A stretch of 64,000 bases of DNA from Candidatus Aminicenantes bacterium (GCA_026393835.1 JAPKZK010000020.1:13034-77033); one strand, 5' to 3'; positions 25,051 through 33,753 are shown, numbered from the stretch's first letter. Numbers and translations are program-made. The notes: generated from the letters alone by a model not told the origin.

Positions 25051-27376
25051 GTTCGTTTTTTGGGGTTGTTAATTGCTCGAGATTTTTCAACATCTTCTCC
25101 AGCCGCTGCTGCATCAGCCGGGTTTCAGCGTCTTCGGCCGCCCCGGGCAAGGTTTTTTCCAGTAACTCGCCTAATCCTTTAAATTCCTCTTCTTCTTGCT
25201 GCGTACGGGATCCTTTTAGATAGAGGGTCCCGAGTCTTTCCAGCTTTTCTGCTGTTTCCGGGTTGCGTGTGGTGGGCAGTTCAAACGCCTCCGATGTCAG
25301 GATTTGATCGGCCCTCAACCCACGCAGAGAAAAAATTGGGACTAATTCTACCGGTTCATTGGGTATCTTATGAAATCGTAATACCTGGTACTCATCATCA
25401 TCCAGGTCTGTAATACCGGCAACGCACATGGGAGAATGCGTTGCGGCAATAAATTGGATGCCGGGAAATTGTTCTTTTAACAATTGGATAATATATCGCT
25501 GCCACCGGGGATGTAAATGCTGCTCGATTTCATCCACCAGTACTATCCCGGATATCAGATTGGGGTCAAGCTGCCGGTCGTCCAGCATATTCCAGGCAAT
25601 AAGATCCAGCGCCCAGGCCGCCGTATTCTTATAACCATCTCCTTGATCTTGCAACCTGGACCGCCCCCCGGCATTAACCAATTCGATACCTCTGCCGGTT
25701 AACTCGATATGTTCCTTCCCGGTGAAAAGGAACAGTCTTTCGATTAACTTGTAGACAAGATAAAGTATTTCTTGTTCGGCCTCTCTTTCCCGGTCTTTAG
25801 GGGCCCTGCTTCGCGCTTCCAATGCCAGCAGGCTTAAACTGAGTTCCGGGCCCTGCAGGGGTTGGTCATAACGAAAAAGAGTTTCAACTGCTTCTATTAC
25901 CCTGTACTGTTCCGGTTGTTTCCTTAGTTCACTTAAAATCCGCCCGGCACCGTACCCGCAAACAAACAAAAGATGCCGGGGAAAATTCCCCGGTAATATG
26001 AGCTCGACTTCTCCGCTGTCGGAAATATAAAAATATTCCTTTCTTACCTGTTCGGAGCCATTCATCCGGTCGAAGCGGGTAACGATACGATATTGTCCTA
26101 TCCCGGGGGCATTCAACCGGATATCGATGGTTCCCGTCCGTTGGCCGTCTCGAATAAATTTTCCATGGAAATCGGCCAACAATGCCGAGGCATTAGGCTC
26201 ATCGCATATCCCCAGGATCAGGCAGCGGAGAAATGACGTTTTACCCGTGCTGTTATCTCCCAGTAAAAGGGTAAACAACGGCGTATTATTTTTTTCCGAA
26301 ATGAAACCGGCGGATAATGATTCGAACCCCTGGATATTTTCTAAACGGACCCCGGTTAGATAAAAGCTCTTTTGCTCCGATGGCGGCAAAGCGATTTTAC
26401 GCTTTGATTTGAAGGTAAAATAGAATCTTCCATCTTCGCTGTCCGGGTTGACTTCGGTGTTTTTTCTCCATTGTTCATGCTCAGGCAGGTATTTATAGAA
26501 TTGTACCGTTGTCTTACTTTTGATCAAATCGATCTCTACCAGGTTAAAGGAGTTTGGGGTTCGATGTGATGGCTCATCCATCAAATTACCGATCACAACG
26601 GCTTTACCTTTTGTCCCGGCACTGAAGGCAGCGATGGGTGTATGGGTGTGCCCGGTCATGATCATATCTGTTTTTCGCACCAGCAATTCTTTTGATACCT
26701 CATCAACCGGATGGAAAATGGAAAAAGGATGATGAAAGAAAGCAATAGAAAAATGCGCATTTTCATCTAAGGCAGCCAATGCGTTTTCCACCTGGTATAA
26801 TCCCAACGCCGGTTCTTCTTTGCCATCGATGCTGTAACCGGTGAATAAAGCGCTGTTCAGACCGACCATATTAATTTTGATCGATTGCCCCTGCTTATCA
26901 ATATCCATGGTTTCGACGAAACGGTAGGTGGTATCTGTAAATAGACGGCGCCCCATGGCCTTTTCGGCAAAGGCATTGAAAGCGGTAAATTTGCGTAAAA
27001 GTTTCGGCAAATAAAAGGAGTCGGTCAATAGTTTAGTAATGTCATCCTGGTTTTCAAATGAATACAAACGTTCAATATCTATATCCGAGATTTTTTCCCG
27101 TCGATTAATATCATGATTCCCCGGCACGATAAAAAGACGTTGCGCAGGTAAACCGGTAACGGTTAGAAGTTTCTCGCAAAATGATTCCGCTTCCTTATAT
27201 TCTTCCTCTTTGCCACTGGATGCAATGTCGCCGGAAATAATAATGAAATCAATAAGTTTCTCCCGGGCAACCAGATCTTTGATGGCGTCCAGCATGGAAC
27301 GGGTAACGATGTCCCCGGTTTTTCCCGGGTTGGCGCGCAACTGGAGATCGGATAAGTGAAGATAGCAAAGTTTCAT
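25043..27376 (-). CDS. Fusion of a calcineurin-like metallophosphoesterase (aa ~1-290) and an ABC/SMC-like AAA ATPase (aa ~340-720; PtuA/OLD-ATPase-like)
   Basis: 777 aa. MPE motifs are HLSDLQL, SGDIASSG, VPGNHD, FFHHP and TGHTH. ATPase motifs are LLGDNSTGKTSFLR (Walker A), GDGYKN (signature-like), VLVDEIEQHLHP (Walker B / D-loop) and ATHSP (H-loop). Confidence 0.8.
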   Translation of the reverse strand: MKLCYLHLSDLQLRANPGKTGDIVTRSMLDAIKDLVAREKLIDFIIISGDIASSGKEEEYKEAESFCEKLLTVTGLPAQRLFIVPGNHDINRREKISDIDIERLYSFENQDDITKLLTDSFYLPKLLRKFTAFNAFAEKAMGRRLFTDTTYRFVETMDIDKQGQSIKINMVGLNSALFTGYSIDGKEEPALGLYQVENALAALDENAHFSIAFFHHPFSIFHPVDEVSKELLVRKTDMIMTGHTHTPIAAFSAGTKGKAVVIGNLMDEPSHRTPNSFNLVEIDLIKSKTTVQFYKYLPEHEQWRKNTEVNPDSEDGRFYFTFKSKRKIALPPSEQKSFYLTGVRLENIQGFESLSAGFISEKNNTPLFTLLLGDNSTGKTSFLRCLILGICDEPNASALLADFHGKFIRDGQRTGTIDIRLNAPGIGQYRIVTRFDRMNGSEQVRKEYFYISDSGEVELILPGNFPRHLLFVCGYGAGRILSELRKQPEQYRVIEAVETLFRYDQPLQGPELSLSLLALEARSRAPKDREREAEQEILYLVYKLIERLFLFTGKEHIELTGRGIELVNAGGRSRLQDQGDGYKNTAAWALDLIAWNMLDDRQLDPNLISGIVLVDEIEQHLHPRWQRYIIQLLKEQFPGIQFIAATHSPMCVAGITDLDDDEYQVLRFHKIPNEPVELVPIFSLRGLRADQILTSEAFELPTTRNPETAEKLERLGTLYLKGSRTQQEEEEFKGLGELLEKTLPGAAEDAETRLMQQRLEKMLKNLEQLTTPKNEHD

Positions 27377-29118
27377 TTTTTTCCTTTTCCTGTTTTTTTT
27401 CCTGTTTTTTTTTCTTCTTTTTTAGTTTCGGCGGCTTCCCATTTTTTCAATTCGACTTTTCCCTCGGTGCCGATGTAATAGGTGTCGGTATCGCGGCTGG
27501 TAATTTCAGGCATTCTCAATATCCGCGGCGTGATGCTTAATAATATATCGGTGCGTTCGCTGTTCTTGGTGTTGGAGGAAAATATCTCTTTGAGAATCGG
27601 CAGCCGGTTTAAGAAGGGAATACCGGTGACGCCGCTGCTGCTGGTTCCTTTCATCAGCCCCGCGATGATACCCGTCTCCCCGTCCCTCAAGCGTAATTTT
27701 GTCGTTACTTTACGGCTTCCCAATGTGGGCGGCACATAGTTACTTCCCATATCGATCACGTTGGTTAACTCGAATTGCAGTTCCATGGTGACTTCCCGGT
27801 TGGAATGGACGACAGGGGTAAGAGTTATGGATATACCCACATCGGTCATGGCAAAGGAAGTAATGGGCTGCTGGTTGACGCCGCCGCTGGCAATGGGGAC
27901 AAAAGTGGTCCTGGGGATGGGGCGCTGCTCGCCCAATTGAACGGTTATTTTTTCTTTGTCCAGGCCCCTTATTTTAGGTTGGGCCAATATTTTCGAATCC
28001 GTGATGGATGAGTAAAACTTCCAGACCATTTGCGGCACCGACATGATGATGTCGCTGGAACTGATATTATCGATTTCATTGACATTGATCCCGGAATCGG
28101 TTCCTTCGACCTTTGCGCCCACCTGCCAGGACGAAAGTTCTGCGCCATATTCACTCAATTTTTTGTTGTTGACTTCCAATATTTCGATTTCCACTTCGAT
28201 TTCTGCTTTTCTTTTATCGATAAATTGGGCTAACTTTTCAACCAATAGCAGGTTTTCCAGGGAATCGGTGACAACCAGGGAATTGGTCAGGTCATTTAAG
28301 GTCATTTGTTCGGGTTTGAAAGTTTTCTCGATGATCTTTTTGGCGTCTTCGGCGCCGACATTGGCAAAATAGATATTCTTTATCAATAGCTTTTTGTAAC
28401 GTTTAGCGCTGTCCCCGGTGTTCAGCGCGATGACGATGTTCTTATCATCCAGGATATAATAGCTGCATTTATAAATCCGGCAGATATGTTCCAGGGCTTC
28501 ATGAAATGTCACATCCAGGAGTTTCAGGGTTACCCGTATGTCTTTAAATTCAGAGTCGAAAAGAATGTTCACATCTCCTGTTTTTGCTAAAACCCCGAAT
28601 ATAGCCATCAGGCTTGTAGGGGATTTGAATTCCAGGTCCAGGCGTTCCTGGCTTTTCATTATTGCCGGCAGTCCGGTGTTGATTTCTACCTCTTTTTTTA
28701 ACTCCTCGATGGGTTTAACCGCTAGTTCACCCCGGCCAAGTTCCAGCAAGTTTTTTCTTACTTCGCTGTTGCCGGGGTCGAATTGGAGGGATTTTTTATA
28801 GAGAAAGAGCGCTTTGGTTTTATTGCCGGCCTCTTCTTCAGCTTTGCCCGCTTGAAAATAATAAATAGAAGCCTCTTTCAATACCCGGTCGATCTCGACT
28901 TTTAGGGCGATGCGTTTTGGGTGGGATTTTAGGGCTTTGAAATAGTATGTCAGGGCTTCTTCGTATTGTTTATTTTTTTTAAGAAACTCCGCCCGTTTGA
29001 GATGGTGGCCGGTACACCCGGGGAAAAGAAGGGGGATGATGACCAGGCCGGCAAGAAAAAGTAAAAGCGCCCGCTTCCCATGAAAAAACTTTGTATAGTT
29101 CCTATTGTTCATTCTCAT
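27373..29118 (-). CDS. Orphan secretin-family outer-membrane protein with lipoprotein signal and N-terminal TPR repeats
   Basis: 581 aa with LLFPGC (lipobox), TPR-like helices, a Secretin_N-like module (...VVTDSLENLLLVEKLAQFIDK) and a C-terminal secretin core (GETGIIAGL...GIPFLNRLPILKEIF....TDILLSITPRIL). The ATGA stop/start overlaps the downstream MPE-ATPase gene. Confidence 0.8.
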   Translation of the reverse strand: MRMNNRNYTKFFHGKRALLLFLAGLVIIPLLFPGCTGHHLKRAEFLKKNKQYEEALTYYFKALKSHPKRIALKVEIDRVLKEASIYYFQAGKAEEEAGNKTKALFLYKKSLQFDPGNSEVRKNLLELGRGELAVKPIEELKKEVEINTGLPAIMKSQERLDLEFKSPTSLMAIFGVLAKTGDVNILFDSEFKDIRVTLKLLDVTFHEALEHICRIYKCSYYILDDKNIVIALNTGDSAKRYKKLLIKNIYFANVGAEDAKKIIEKTFKPEQMTLNDLTNSLVVTDSLENLLLVEKLAQFIDKRKAEIEVEIEILEVNNKKLSEYGAELSSWQVGAKVEGTDSGINVNEIDNISSSDIIMSVPQMVWKFYSSITDSKILAQPKIRGLDKEKITVQLGEQRPIPRTTFVPIASGGVNQQPITSFAMTDVGISITLTPVVHSNREVTMELQFELTNVIDMGSNYVPPTLGSRKVTTKLRLRDGETGIIAGLMKGTSSSGVTGIPFLNRLPILKEIFSSNTKNSERTDILLSITPRILRMPEITSRDTDTYYIGTEGKVELKKWEAAETKKEEKKTGKKTGKGKK

Positions 29119-29171
29119 GTGTTATCTTCAAAGAGATAAGAAGTATAACACAAGTTGGAAGTTTTTAAAAG
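29066..29171. repeat. Direct repeat copy 1 (106 bp): the first 17-18 codons of the secretin gene plus 53 nt upstream
   Basis: 101/106 identical to 35741..35846 by manual alignment. Confidence 0.9.
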
Positions 29172-29221
29172 GATTTTACTGGTCCCAGGGCGAAACTCGC
29201 ATCATGATGAACTACCATGAG

Positions 29222-29432
29222 CAAAAAAGGATAAATCGACGACCTAAAAGGACAGGGCGACTTCAAAAAAGGATCAACATACGCTAAAATAAGATCAACA
29301 TTCAATAAAATAAGATCAACACACAAGAGCGATGGACAAAAATTCACTAAAAAAAGATAAAAAAACGCTGAGAATGGGCAAACGGAGATCAAGAAAAGAT
29401 AAACAAGCAGACAGAAAGGGTAATTGCCGATC
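29222..29432. repeat. 21-bp-phased degenerate array, about 10 units, A-tract-leading orientation (aaaaGGAtcaacat...)
   Basis: The anchor RG dinucleotide that follows each A-run recurs at 29230, 29251, 29272, 29293, 29314, 29335, 29356, 29377, 29398 and 29419, which is an exact 21-nt period. Confidence 0.8.
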
Positions 29433-29460
29433 ATTGACAGGCTATATGTTTGTCCCTCTG

Positions 29461-29670
29461 GCGTCGATGATGCCCCTATTGGTGTGATTGATGACCTTAT
29501 TTGCATCGATGATGACCTTATTCCAGTGAACAATGACCTTTTTTTTCGGTTGATTTATCCTCGTCGCCTATCCATTAACCTTTTTTGGTTATAGGTTAAT
29601 CTTTTTCAATGAGATGTTTGTCCTTTTTGCCGCATCGATTACCTTTTGCATTGGTTTGTTCCAGTTCGCC
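29461..29670. repeat. 21-bp-phased degenerate array, about 10 units, in inverted orientation relative to 29222..29432
   Basis: tgatgMcc anchors occur at 29468, 29489, 29510 and 29531, then units decay at a 20-22 nt period. The reverse complement of the unit tgcatcgatgatgaccttatt (aataaggtcatcatcgatgca) matches the forward units (aaaaaggatcaacatacgct). Confidence 0.7.
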
Positions 29671-29842
29671 AACCGGTTTTCGTATCTCCCGGGAGTGCCC
29701 AGGTCGTTGAGAAATTCCACGCTTCATAAAAACGAGAGAATTCATTTATAGCAAAATTCACAAGAATATCTTATCCAAAAACTTCCCCCATTCGTTTCCA
29801 TTTTTTGACGGCATATTCCGGCTGATTAACTTAAAAACAAAA

Positions 29843-30163
29843 TCATGCCCCCGAACTCTGGTAAATGATTTCGCCTGTGCTCAGGATTTCCTCGAAAAAA
29901 CCAGACAGGTCTTTATGATCTCTTTCGATTAAAACCGGCTCGATCCTGCAATCGATATCAGTTCCAAGTTTGAATAATTGTTGCCTGGATTTGAGGTAAT
30001 CTTTATCATTATGATCGACGACAACAGCCACATCGATATCGCTGTGTTCCCTACCGCAATTTTTGGCATATGAGCCGAATAGTATCACCATGCGAACCGG
30101 GAAGTTTTTTTTTACTACTTCCGCATATTTTTTTACTTTGCTTATAACTTCTGCTTTATCCAT
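29843..30163 (-). CDS. Nucleotidyltransferase (MNT-type) antitoxin-like protein
   Basis: 106 aa with the minimal NTase motif ILFGSYAKN...SDIDVAVVV. It overlaps the upstream HEPN gene. Confidence 0.8.
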   Translation of the reverse strand: MDKAEVISKVKKYAEVVKKNFPVRMVILFGSYAKNCGREHSDIDVAVVVDHNDKDYLKSRQQLFKLGTDIDCRIEPVLIERDHKDLSGFFEEILSTGEIIYQSSGA

Positions 30164-30534
30164 AGCTGGAATTCCTTTGTTTGAGTTAAAATGTCACGGC
30201 ATCTTTCCTGGTTTAAAATTTGATTGATACGCTCTTTATAGGAAGGATACCTGGCTTCGACATTTAAAGGCCGGATTAGATTGATGAAATCTTTTTGATC
30301 GTCGGATAGTTCCTCCGATATACCCACTTCCCTTGTCAATGACGTTAAATTGTGTGAATAGGGAGGAGTGGATTTTAGGGTTGAAACATATAATGCTTTA
30401 AGAATTTTTTCAATTACCTGGTGGCACATGAAGCCAACATATAAAAATCGTTTGCTTTCGAGCATGACCTGGGCGGTTTCCAGATCGTAATCGGATAATT
30501 CTACCCAATAGATAATTTTTTCCTCTATTTCCAT
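30142..30534 (-). CDS. HEPN domain protein (toxin-like partner of MNT)
   Basis: 130 aa. A..DL..A..ML, CHQVIEKILKAL, HNL and EARYP are typical of HEPN. Confidence 0.75.
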   Translation of the reverse strand: MEIEEKIIYWVELSDYDLETAQVMLESKRFLYVGFMCHQVIEKILKALYVSTLKSTPPYSHNLTSLTREVGISEELSDDQKDFINLIRPLNVEARYPSYKERINQILNQERCRDILTQTKEFQLWIKQKL

Positions 30535-30616
30535 AGAGGTATTATATTATGAAATTCTTTATTTTTCAATAAGGAGACTCGATTCGGCAGACACTGTCTA
30601 ACTTGCTATTTTAAAA

Positions 30617-31888
30617 TCATTTCTTGCCCAGGATAATATCCGGTACTTGCGGCAGGGCCAACCATTGGGCAAATTTGTTATAGGTCCGGCCAACTTTTTG
30701 CGCCAACTCCACCCCTTTTTTTGTTCCTTCCAATATCTTGCTAAACTTTGAATCTTTATCGCCCATCTTCTCCAATAAACGGCCTAATTTATTTAACGGT
30801 TTGGCCAGTTCCTTTTCCTTCGCTTTCATGGTTAACCCATCCAGGCCGTCTTCGACTTTTGCCAATTCCGCCAATTCCTTTTCCAGGGCCGGGACAAGGG
30901 TGTCGAAACCTTCGTTGTTTTTGCAGGAGACGCGGTAAAAGCTTTTAAGGTTGGGGTATTTATCTTGCAGGAATTTACGATTCAGCTCGAAACCCGGGTT
31001 TGCATCGGTTTTGTTGATGACCACCAGCACCGGGGAGTGGCCGCCGAAGCTTTCGATGTGTTTAAGCCAGTATTCGGTTTTTTCATCCTTGCGGCCGTCC
31101 AGTACCAGGAGGTAAAGGCTGCGTTTGGACAGGAAGAATTGGTGGGTGGCGTGCATGATTTCCTGGCCGCCGAAATCCCAGAGATGGGCTTTGATGGTTT
31201 TGCCGTCTTGTTTAACGGTCCAGGGTTTGATATTAATGCCGTGGGTTTGGGGTTCGCCGATATTAAAGTCCAGGCCCAGGAGGCGATTGACCAGGGAGGT
31301 TTTACCGGCGGCGCCGTCGCCCACCAGCAGGACTTTGACTTCATTTAACGGCAGGGTATCTTCCTTTAAGGAATCGAAATAAGCCTTTATGGCAGTTTTG
31401 CCCTGTTTAATAATCTCCAGCGGCGGTTTTTCCAGGGGGTTGCCGTAGAGATTCAAGCTGTAAAAAGATAAATCATCTTTCCACTCCATTGCCATGCCGG
31501 GCCACAAGGAGGTGAAATCGGGAGAAAGTTCTCGGATGAGATTTTTGTGGACATCCAATGTTGTTAAATGCTTCAATTCCCTCAGCGGCGTGAGGTCGGC
31601 GATTTGATTGTTACTTAAATAAAGCTCTGTCAGGTTCGACAGGGCCATCAGCGGCATGAGGTCCGTGATTTGATTACTACTTAAATACAGATGGGTTAAG
31701 CCGCTTAAACTCCTTAGAAACGAAATATCTTTAATTTCTCTGTTATCCAGGTTCACCCCCTGCACCTGCCCCGTTTTATCCAGGGCATAGCCATTTTCAA
31801 TCCCCCATATTCCCTCAAGCGGACGTGGTTTTAATTTTCCCCCGGTTAGCTTCTCGATCTTTCTTATAATCTCCATATCATGGGCCAT
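30617..31888 (-). CDS. Leucine-rich-repeat plus Roc/Ras-like small GTPase protein (Roco-like, no recognisable COR domain)
   Basis: 423 aa. There are LRRs (LTHLYLSSNQITDL, LTELYLSNNQIADL, LTTLDVHKNLI) and a GTPase module with G1 LVGDGAAGKTSL, G3 WDFGGQE and G4 INKTD. The ~80-aa helical, lysine-rich tail is shorter than any COR domain. Confidence 0.75.
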   Translation of the reverse strand: MAHDMEIIRKIEKLTGGKLKPRPLEGIWGIENGYALDKTGQVQGVNLDNREIKDISFLRSLSGLTHLYLSSNQITDLMPLMALSNLTELYLSNNQIADLTPLRELKHLTTLDVHKNLIRELSPDFTSLWPGMAMEWKDDLSFYSLNLYGNPLEKPPLEIIKQGKTAIKAYFDSLKEDTLPLNEVKVLLVGDGAAGKTSLVNRLLGLDFNIGEPQTHGINIKPWTVKQDGKTIKAHLWDFGGQEIMHATHQFFLSKRSLYLLVLDGRKDEKTEYWLKHIESFGGHSPVLVVINKTDANPGFELNRKFLQDKYPNLKSFYRVSCKNNEGFDTLVPALEKELAELAKVEDGLDGLTMKAKEKELAKPLNKLGRLLEKMGDKDSKFSKILEGTKKGVELAQKVGRTYNKFAQWLALPQVPDIILGKK

Positions 31889-32055
31889 ATGATCTCCTTA
31901 GGAGTTGTAATGAAATAAATTGATCGTTTTAGCATTCGGAATTTTTCCCTCAAATCAAGGGCAAATTTCAAGAACAATTCAGACCATTCGGTACAATAAA
32001 GGTATTCTTGCGATGTTTTTTGCCTTTCATACGGCCTTTTTAAGTATCCTTAACC

Positions 32056-32202
32056 GGTGGGAATGTCATTTTCAGTGGTGGGCAGATCGTTTTCATTGGC
32101 GGGAATGTCATTTTCAGCGGTGGGCAGATTGTTTTCATTGGTGGGAATGTCATTTTCAGTGGTGGGCAGATCGTTTTCATTGGTGGGAATGTCATTTTCA
32201 TG
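32056..32202. repeat. Tandem array of seven 21-bp sub-units alternating between two types (ggtgggaatgtcattttcagt / ggtgggcagatcgttttcatt), i.e. 3.5 copies of a 42-bp unit
   Basis: Near-perfect copies when read directly. Degenerate T-tract units continue upstream to about 32008. The ORF 31920..32303 (WECHFQW/WADRFHW heptads) is probably an artefact of the period. Confidence 0.9.
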
Positions 32203-32437
32203 AGTTAGAATGTTATTTCCCGGGTGAAAAATGGCGTAAACTGAAGATTTTTCCCGTCAAAAGGTTGAAAGGAATGATTCTCATGGAAAACAAGACTATA
32301 TGATTTGTTCCAAAAGGCAGCGAAAATGATCCAGTTATTTCATTACAATGCCTTATCGCTTTAAATGGGCGTTGAAACCGCGTTACAAGTTACAAGTTTC
32401 AATAATCAATCATACCACAGCAGGGAAATAAAAGAAA

Positions 32438-32637
32438 GAATGATGAATGATGAATGATGATAGGTGAGTGGTAGAGTGGTGGAGTAGTAGAATGGTAAAA
32501 AAAAATCTGTGTTAATCTGTGTAATCTGTGGACACATCTTTCTCTCCTTACTCGTGGGCTGTTTTTGTTTTGAATTTTGAGCTTTTGAATTTTGAATTTG
32601 TTTCGAATTTCGAGTTTCGGATTTCGGATTTTTTTCA
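32438..32637. repeat. Composite simple-repeat block
   Basis: Read directly: (gaatgat)x3 plus decayed 7-mers at 32438..32500, aatctgtg x3 at 32504..32531, and ttttgaa/tttcgag/tttcgga 7-mers at 32562..32637. The overlapping ORFs 32399..32648 look spurious. Confidence 0.8.
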
Positions 32638-32769
32638 AATCCTGCCAAAAAATGTCAGGATTTCACGGGTTATTAATTAGTGACATTCTGGATATGCATA
32701 AAAAATGTTCTTGTTTACGGTCGCCATAGTGTTGGATTAACGGTAACACATCGGTGGGGAATTTAATCT

Positions 32770-33753
32770 TTAAGCCTTCTTCTTTAACTCTTTTACGGCT
32801 AGATCAAAATCAGAAATCATATTCTTACTTCGTTCAGCCCTATATTTTTCAAATTCATCTTCAGTTTTTTGGGCAGCGGTTTCGGCGCTCACATTCCCGG
32901 CGTGGGTCAACAGTTCTTTTTCACTCAGCTTCAAAAAAGCATCCAATTTGGCAATCCAATCGTTCATTTTCATCAAGCGGCCGTTGGTTGCCTGCAATTC
33001 GGCAAAATCAAGATACAGCGAAACAATCAGGTTGAGTTGATGCAACTCTTTTTCCGTTAGGTAGTTCTTGGCAATTTTTGCATCCTGCGCGGTAATATAG
33101 TTACCTTTAAAGTTTACCAGCCCCATCAGGGGCTTTGTGCTATCGGCGCGGCTTACAATCATCTGGGCGGCGGTTTGGCCGTGCACGGCATAATGCATTT
33201 TGTTCTGGACCGTCGCAAAGAAGGTTTTTGTCAACGCATCGTCGCTTCGATAATCAATGCTGGTGGCATAAATATCGGTTACTTTCTGGTAAAAATTACG
33301 CTCGCTGCTTCGTATATCACGGATGCGCTGTAATAATTCTTGAAAATAACGCGCCTTTTGTCCACCCTGTTTTAAGCGCTCATCATCTAAGGTAAAACCT
33401 TTTATGATGTATTCCTTAATTCTTTGGGTTGCCCAGCTACGGAACTGGGTGCCCTGGACTGATTTAACGCGGTAGCCAACAGAAATTATGACATCCAGAT
33501 TATAGAAATTGGTTGGCTTGGTAGAAAATTCGGAAATTCCGAATTTTCTCATGGTTGATTCTTCTGTAAGTTCTTGCTCTTCATATACATTTTTTATATG
33601 TTCGTTAATCGTTGACTTTGACTTTCCATATAAATCCGCCATTTGATCTTGTGTCAGCCAGACCGTCTCATCTTCCAAACGAACTTCCAATTTTGTCTGC
33701 CCGTTTTTTCCCTGGTAAATAATAATTTGTGACTCGTTTCCCGGGGTCTTCAT
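32770..33753 (-). CDS. RhuM-family virulence/Fic-associated protein
   Basis: 327 aa. IIIYQGKNGQTKLEVRLEDETVWLTQDQMADLYGKSKSTINEHIKN...NLDVIISVGYRVKS..GTQFR.WAT is highly characteristic of RhuM. Confidence 0.8.
   Translation of the reverse strand: MKTPGNESQIIIYQGKNGQTKLEVRLEDETVWLTQDQMADLYGKSKSTINEHIKNVYEEQELTEESTMRKFGISEFSTKPTNFYNLDVIISVGYRVKSVQGTQFRSWATQRIKEYIIKGFTLDDERLKQGGQKARYFQELLQRIRDIRSSERNFYQKVTDIYATSIDYRSDDALTKTFFATVQNKMHYAVHGQTAAQMIVSRADSTKPLMGLVNFKGNYITAQDAKIAKNYLTEKELHQLNLIVSLYLDFAELQATNGRLMKMNDWIAKLDAFLKLSEKELLTHAGNVSAETAAQKTEDEFEKYRAERSKNMISDFDLAVKELKKKA

Noticed and set aside
29165-29533. The 122-aa minus-strand ORF and the 60-aa plus-strand ORF over the 21-bp dyad, and ORF 31920..32303 over the 42-bp array
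   Set aside because: The reasoning is the same: the frame stays open as an artefact of 21-nt periodic DNA.
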